DNA from: an uncultured Gammaproteobacteria bacterium
GTDB taxonomy: Bacteria > Patescibacteriota > Microgenomatia > CAZETR01 > Amesbacteraceae
Assembly: GCA_964633995.1 (NCBI GenBank)
Contig: CAZWKN010000001.1
Coordinates: forward strand, 134,527-198,526
Reading direction: 5' to 3'
Length of the DNA: 64,000 nt
In this document: one piece after another, positions 61,374-64,000 of the stretch
How positions within the stretch are numbered: position 1 is the first letter of the stretch
Layout: each line of letters begins with the position of its first letter
Made by a program: the position numbers and the translations under genes
Notes under the pieces: model-generated
What the model was told of the DNA's origin: nothing
Databases searched by the model: none
What the model saw: the letters and a program-made list of their open reading frames with translations, nothing else

Positions 61374-62410
61374 AAAAGTTGTTAATTTTTTTATTGGTTG
61401 TGAGCAGTTTGGTAATGGTGGTTGGAAAATTAATTATGAAAAAACAAAGTGTGGATGTTTTACGAACCGATTGGACAAGGGGAAATGCCGGTGCTTCAGT
61501 CCTATTGGTTGAATATGGCGATTTCCAGTGTCCGTCGTGTGGGGCTTATTATCCGATAATAAAGCAATTGGAGACCGAGTATAAAGATAAATTGGCTGTG
61601 GTGTTTAGACAATACCCACTAGAACATGTGCATAAAAATGCCCTTGCTGCCGCAAAAGCTGCTGAGGCAGCGGGAGAGCTGGGTAAATTTTGGGAGATGC
61701 ACGATGTGTTGTTTGAGAAGCAAAAGGAGTGGGTTGATTTGGATAATCCCCTGCCAAAATTTAATGAGTATGCCCAGGGGTTGGGTCTTTCCAAAGATAG
61801 ATTTAACAGCTTGATGAATGACGCAAAAATAGAGACAAATATAAGAGCAGATATGGCAACAGGAGACAAGGCAAATGTAGAAGGAACCCCCACTTTTTTT
61901 GTAAACGGAAAGATAATAGGATTGCCGGGAGGGCTAGAGGGGTTTAAAAAAATTATTAATGGGGCTTCGGTCGATACTTCTGAAAAAGTACACGATCATT
62001 TCGATTTTGCAATGTATACAGATTTGGGTGATAAGATGAATTTTGCCAAGCCTGAATTTATGGAGAGGGACGAGGCTATTCACATGCATGACAACAATGG
62101 CGAGGTGGTGCATATTCATTCAAAAGGCGTGACGCTTGGTCAGTTTTTAAAATCAATCGGCGAAGAAAGTCCGGCAGAGGCGGCTTGGTATGTAAATGGT
62201 GTAAAAATGAACGGTCCCTTGGATAATTATCAGCCGAAAGATTTGGATAGAATTGTGGTTAATATTATGGGAATCGGGCAGACGTTAAATAATGCGGTGT
62301 TAGATAAGATGGTGTCGGACAAAGCCTGCATTTATTCCGAGAAATGTCCGGAACGGGGCAAACCTCCTACGGAAGAGTGTGTGGGTGGTTTGGGGACAGA
62401 TTGCAAATAA
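61370..62410 (+). CDS. DsbA-family oxidoreductase with His-rich C-terminal domain
   Basis: EYGDFQCPSC, GTPTFFVNG, H.H / HMHD / HIH. Confidence 0.88.
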   Translation: MKKLLIFLLVVSSLVMVVGKLIMKKQSVDVLRTDWTRGNAGASVLLVEYGDFQCPSCGAYYPIIKQLETEYKDKLAVVFRQYPLEHVHKNALAAAKAAEAAGELGKFWEMHDVLFEKQKEWVDLDNPLPKFNEYAQGLGLSKDRFNSLMNDAKIETNIRADMATGDKANVEGTPTFFVNGKIIGLPGGLEGFKKIINGASVDTSEKVHDHFDFAMYTDLGDKMNFAKPEFMERDEAIHMHDNNGEVVHIHSKGVTLGQFLKSIGEESPAEAAWYVNGVKMNGPLDNYQPKDLDRIVVNIMGIGQTLNNAVLDKMVSDKACIYSEKCPERGKPPTEECVGGLGTDCK

Positions 62411-62412
62411 AT

Positions 62413-62991
62413 ATGACTTCACGGACCCACGATTTGTTTGCTTTTACATTCCTGGCCGGAACCGTAGCTTATTTTCAATTGGGAGCTATGAGTTTGTCGA
62501 CTGCCGTAGTAGCTCTGGCGACTGGATTTTTGGGAGGGTTGGCGCCGGATTTAGACGAGCCTGGGTCTGCTCTGTGGCGAAGACTACCAGCTGGATCTGG
62601 ATCGATAGTAGGAAGAATAGTGGCCCCGATATTCGGATCACATAGGTTTATTTCCCATTCCATAGTTGGATTATGTTTGTTTGGATTTGGAGCTAAAAGA
62701 TTGTTGGATCTCGTATCCCCTGTAGTGCTAGTAGACATGAATGTGGTGTGGTGGGGCTTTGTGTTGGGAGTAGTTTCCCATTTGGTAGCAGATTCACTAA
62801 CCGTGGAGGGTGTGCCGTGGCTGTGGCCTTTGAAATGGAAATTTGGTTTCCCCCCATTTGCGTTTTTGCGAATAAAGACGGGAGGGTTTTTGGAAAAATT
62901 TTTGGTGTTCCCTGCTCTACTGGGTTTAAACGGAGCGCTTTTTTATTACCGTTATCAAATCTTTTTAAATTTTATCAAGGGGTTGGTATAA
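62413..62991 (+). CDS. YdjM-like membrane metal-dependent hydrolase
   Basis: RTH, PDLD, HR..SHS, SHL.AD..T..G.P. Confidence 0.9.
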   Translation: MTSRTHDLFAFTFLAGTVAYFQLGAMSLSTAVVALATGFLGGLAPDLDEPGSALWRRLPAGSGSIVGRIVAPIFGSHRFISHSIVGLCLFGFGAKRLLDLVSPVVLVDMNVVWWGFVLGVVSHLVADSLTVEGVPWLWPLKWKFGFPPFAFLRIKTGGFLEKFLVFPALLGLNGALFYYRYQIFLNFIKGLV

Positions 62992-63002
62992 TAAGGGGGT
63001 TC

Positions 63003-63123
63003 GCGGGTATATCAGAAAGACTTGGAACTGATGTTCCAAAATTTCTTCTATACTCCGCTCGCCACGCTCGCGGGTATAGCTCAATGGTAGACCTGCCTGC
63101 CGGCAGGCAGGGCACAGTTTTCC
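63003..63123 (+). pseudogene. Duplicated tRNA-Gly(TCC) 5' half with hairpin insert and 20-bp palindrome
   Basis: GCGGGTATAGCTCAATGGTAGA[palindrome]GCACAGTTTTCC; imperfect direct repeat of 63390-63491. Confidence 0.8.
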
Positions 63124-63369
63124 ATGTATTTTGTGTACATAATTCAAAGCAGTTCAACTAAAAAGTTTTATACTGGAATTACTAACAACATTGACAGGCG
63201 GCTTGAAGAGCACAATCGGATTAATTCTAATTCAGTGGTATCTCGTGGGTTGACTGATTTCGAGTTGGTATATACAGAAGAAGTTTGTGATAGAATTTCA
63301 GCACGAAAACTCGAAAAATACTTAAAATCAGGAGCAGGTAGAGAGTTTCGAGATGAAATAGTAAAATGA
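63124..63369 (+). CDS. Small GIY-YIG nuclease
   Basis: YFVYI..S..FYTG.T....RL..HN, A...E.YLKSG.GR. Confidence 0.93.
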   Translation: MYFVYIIQSSSTKKFYTGITNNIDRRLEEHNRINSNSVVSRGLTDFELVYTEEVCDRISARKLEKYLKSGAGREFRDEIVK

Positions 63370-63456
63370 CGGTGACGCTCGTTTCACTCGCGGGTATATC
63401 GGAAGATCTTGGGGCCCCTGCCCCAAAACTTCCTCTATTCCCCGCTCGCTACGTTC

Positions 63457-63527
63457 GCGGGTATAGCTCAATGGTAGAGCACTAGTTTTCCAAACTAGGT
63501 ACAGGGGTCCGATTCCCCTTACCCGCT
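63457..63527 (+). tRNA. tRNA-Gly(TCC)
   Basis: CTAGT-TT-TCC-AA-ACTAG; T-loop TCCGATT is atypical. Confidence 0.9.
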
Positions 63528-63744
63528 CTCGTCTTTCGTCGATCCGTCGCCTTTGGCTAGGACGACTACGGACGATAGTGGGTGATATGTCTAGATCAGA
63601 AGCAGCTGCTCAAAGAGTAAGAAGAAAAAGAGTGGAGTCTGGGGTAATGAATTGATTGTTTTGGGATTGGCGGGTTTGCCGATTGCCGGCATTATTTCAT
63701 TTGTCATGGCCAATTCCAGTTGATAAAAACAAATAGTTCGATAC

Positions 63745-64000
63745 TTAAGATATTTCCACGCTGGTGATGGTGATGGGGACTAAGGGGGAAGATTTTTCGC
63801 CGGAGGGGCCGAATTTAACTGGACCATTGGCGATTTTGTCTACAGTGTCGAGGCCTTCTGTAACCTGGCCAAAAATGACATAATTTTTGGGAAGAGGGAC
63901 ATCGGAGTGCATGATAAAGAATTGGCTGCCGTTGGTATTTGGTCCGGCATTGGCCATGGCAACAGTACCTCTGAGATATTCCCCCGTAAAAGGTTCGTCG
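63745..64000 (-). CDS. Cyclophilin PPIase, C-terminal part (runs off window)
   Basis: [23 protein letters not shown]. Confidence 0.92.
   Translation of the reverse strand, partial: DEPFTGEYLRGTVAMANAGPNTNGSQFFIMHSDVPLPKNYVIFGQVTEGLDTVDKIANGPVKFGPSGEKSSPLVPITITSVEIS

Noticed and set aside
63070-63527. Group I intron with homing endonuclease in tRNA-Gly
   Set aside because: The downstream tRNA is complete rather than a 3' exon, and there is no room for an intron catalytic core.

Overview
Bacterial chromosome segment in the standard genetic code (TGA is a stop). Gene content and streamlined enzyme forms suggest a Patescibacteria/CPR (Microgenomates-like) genome; this is inferred. Core genes include hisS, dnaB, gyrA/B, recG, pheST, thrS-infC-rpmI-rplT, rpmF-nusB-rnc-rpsP, nfo and dinB. 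There is a type IV pilus operon with no secretin, a second minor-pilin/VWA cassette, and 11 tRNAs, including five Leu isoacceptors. Main observations: (1) an Ile/Leu/Phe-rich leader peptide with full attenuator architecture in front of a non-biosynthetic operon (BshC-like ligase, PfkB kinase, BshB1-like deacetylase); (2) hairpin inserts and a GIY-YIG nuclease gene built onto duplicated tRNA 5' ends; (3) many degenerate 7-9-mer tandem repeats in frame within housekeeping genes; (4) a dif-like 11-6-11 site over the promoter of a lone Xer recombinase; (5) a SET protein beside tandem ATP-grasp ligases; (6) an ACP homolog lacking its Ser. All family calls come from motif recognition by eye; no searches were run.
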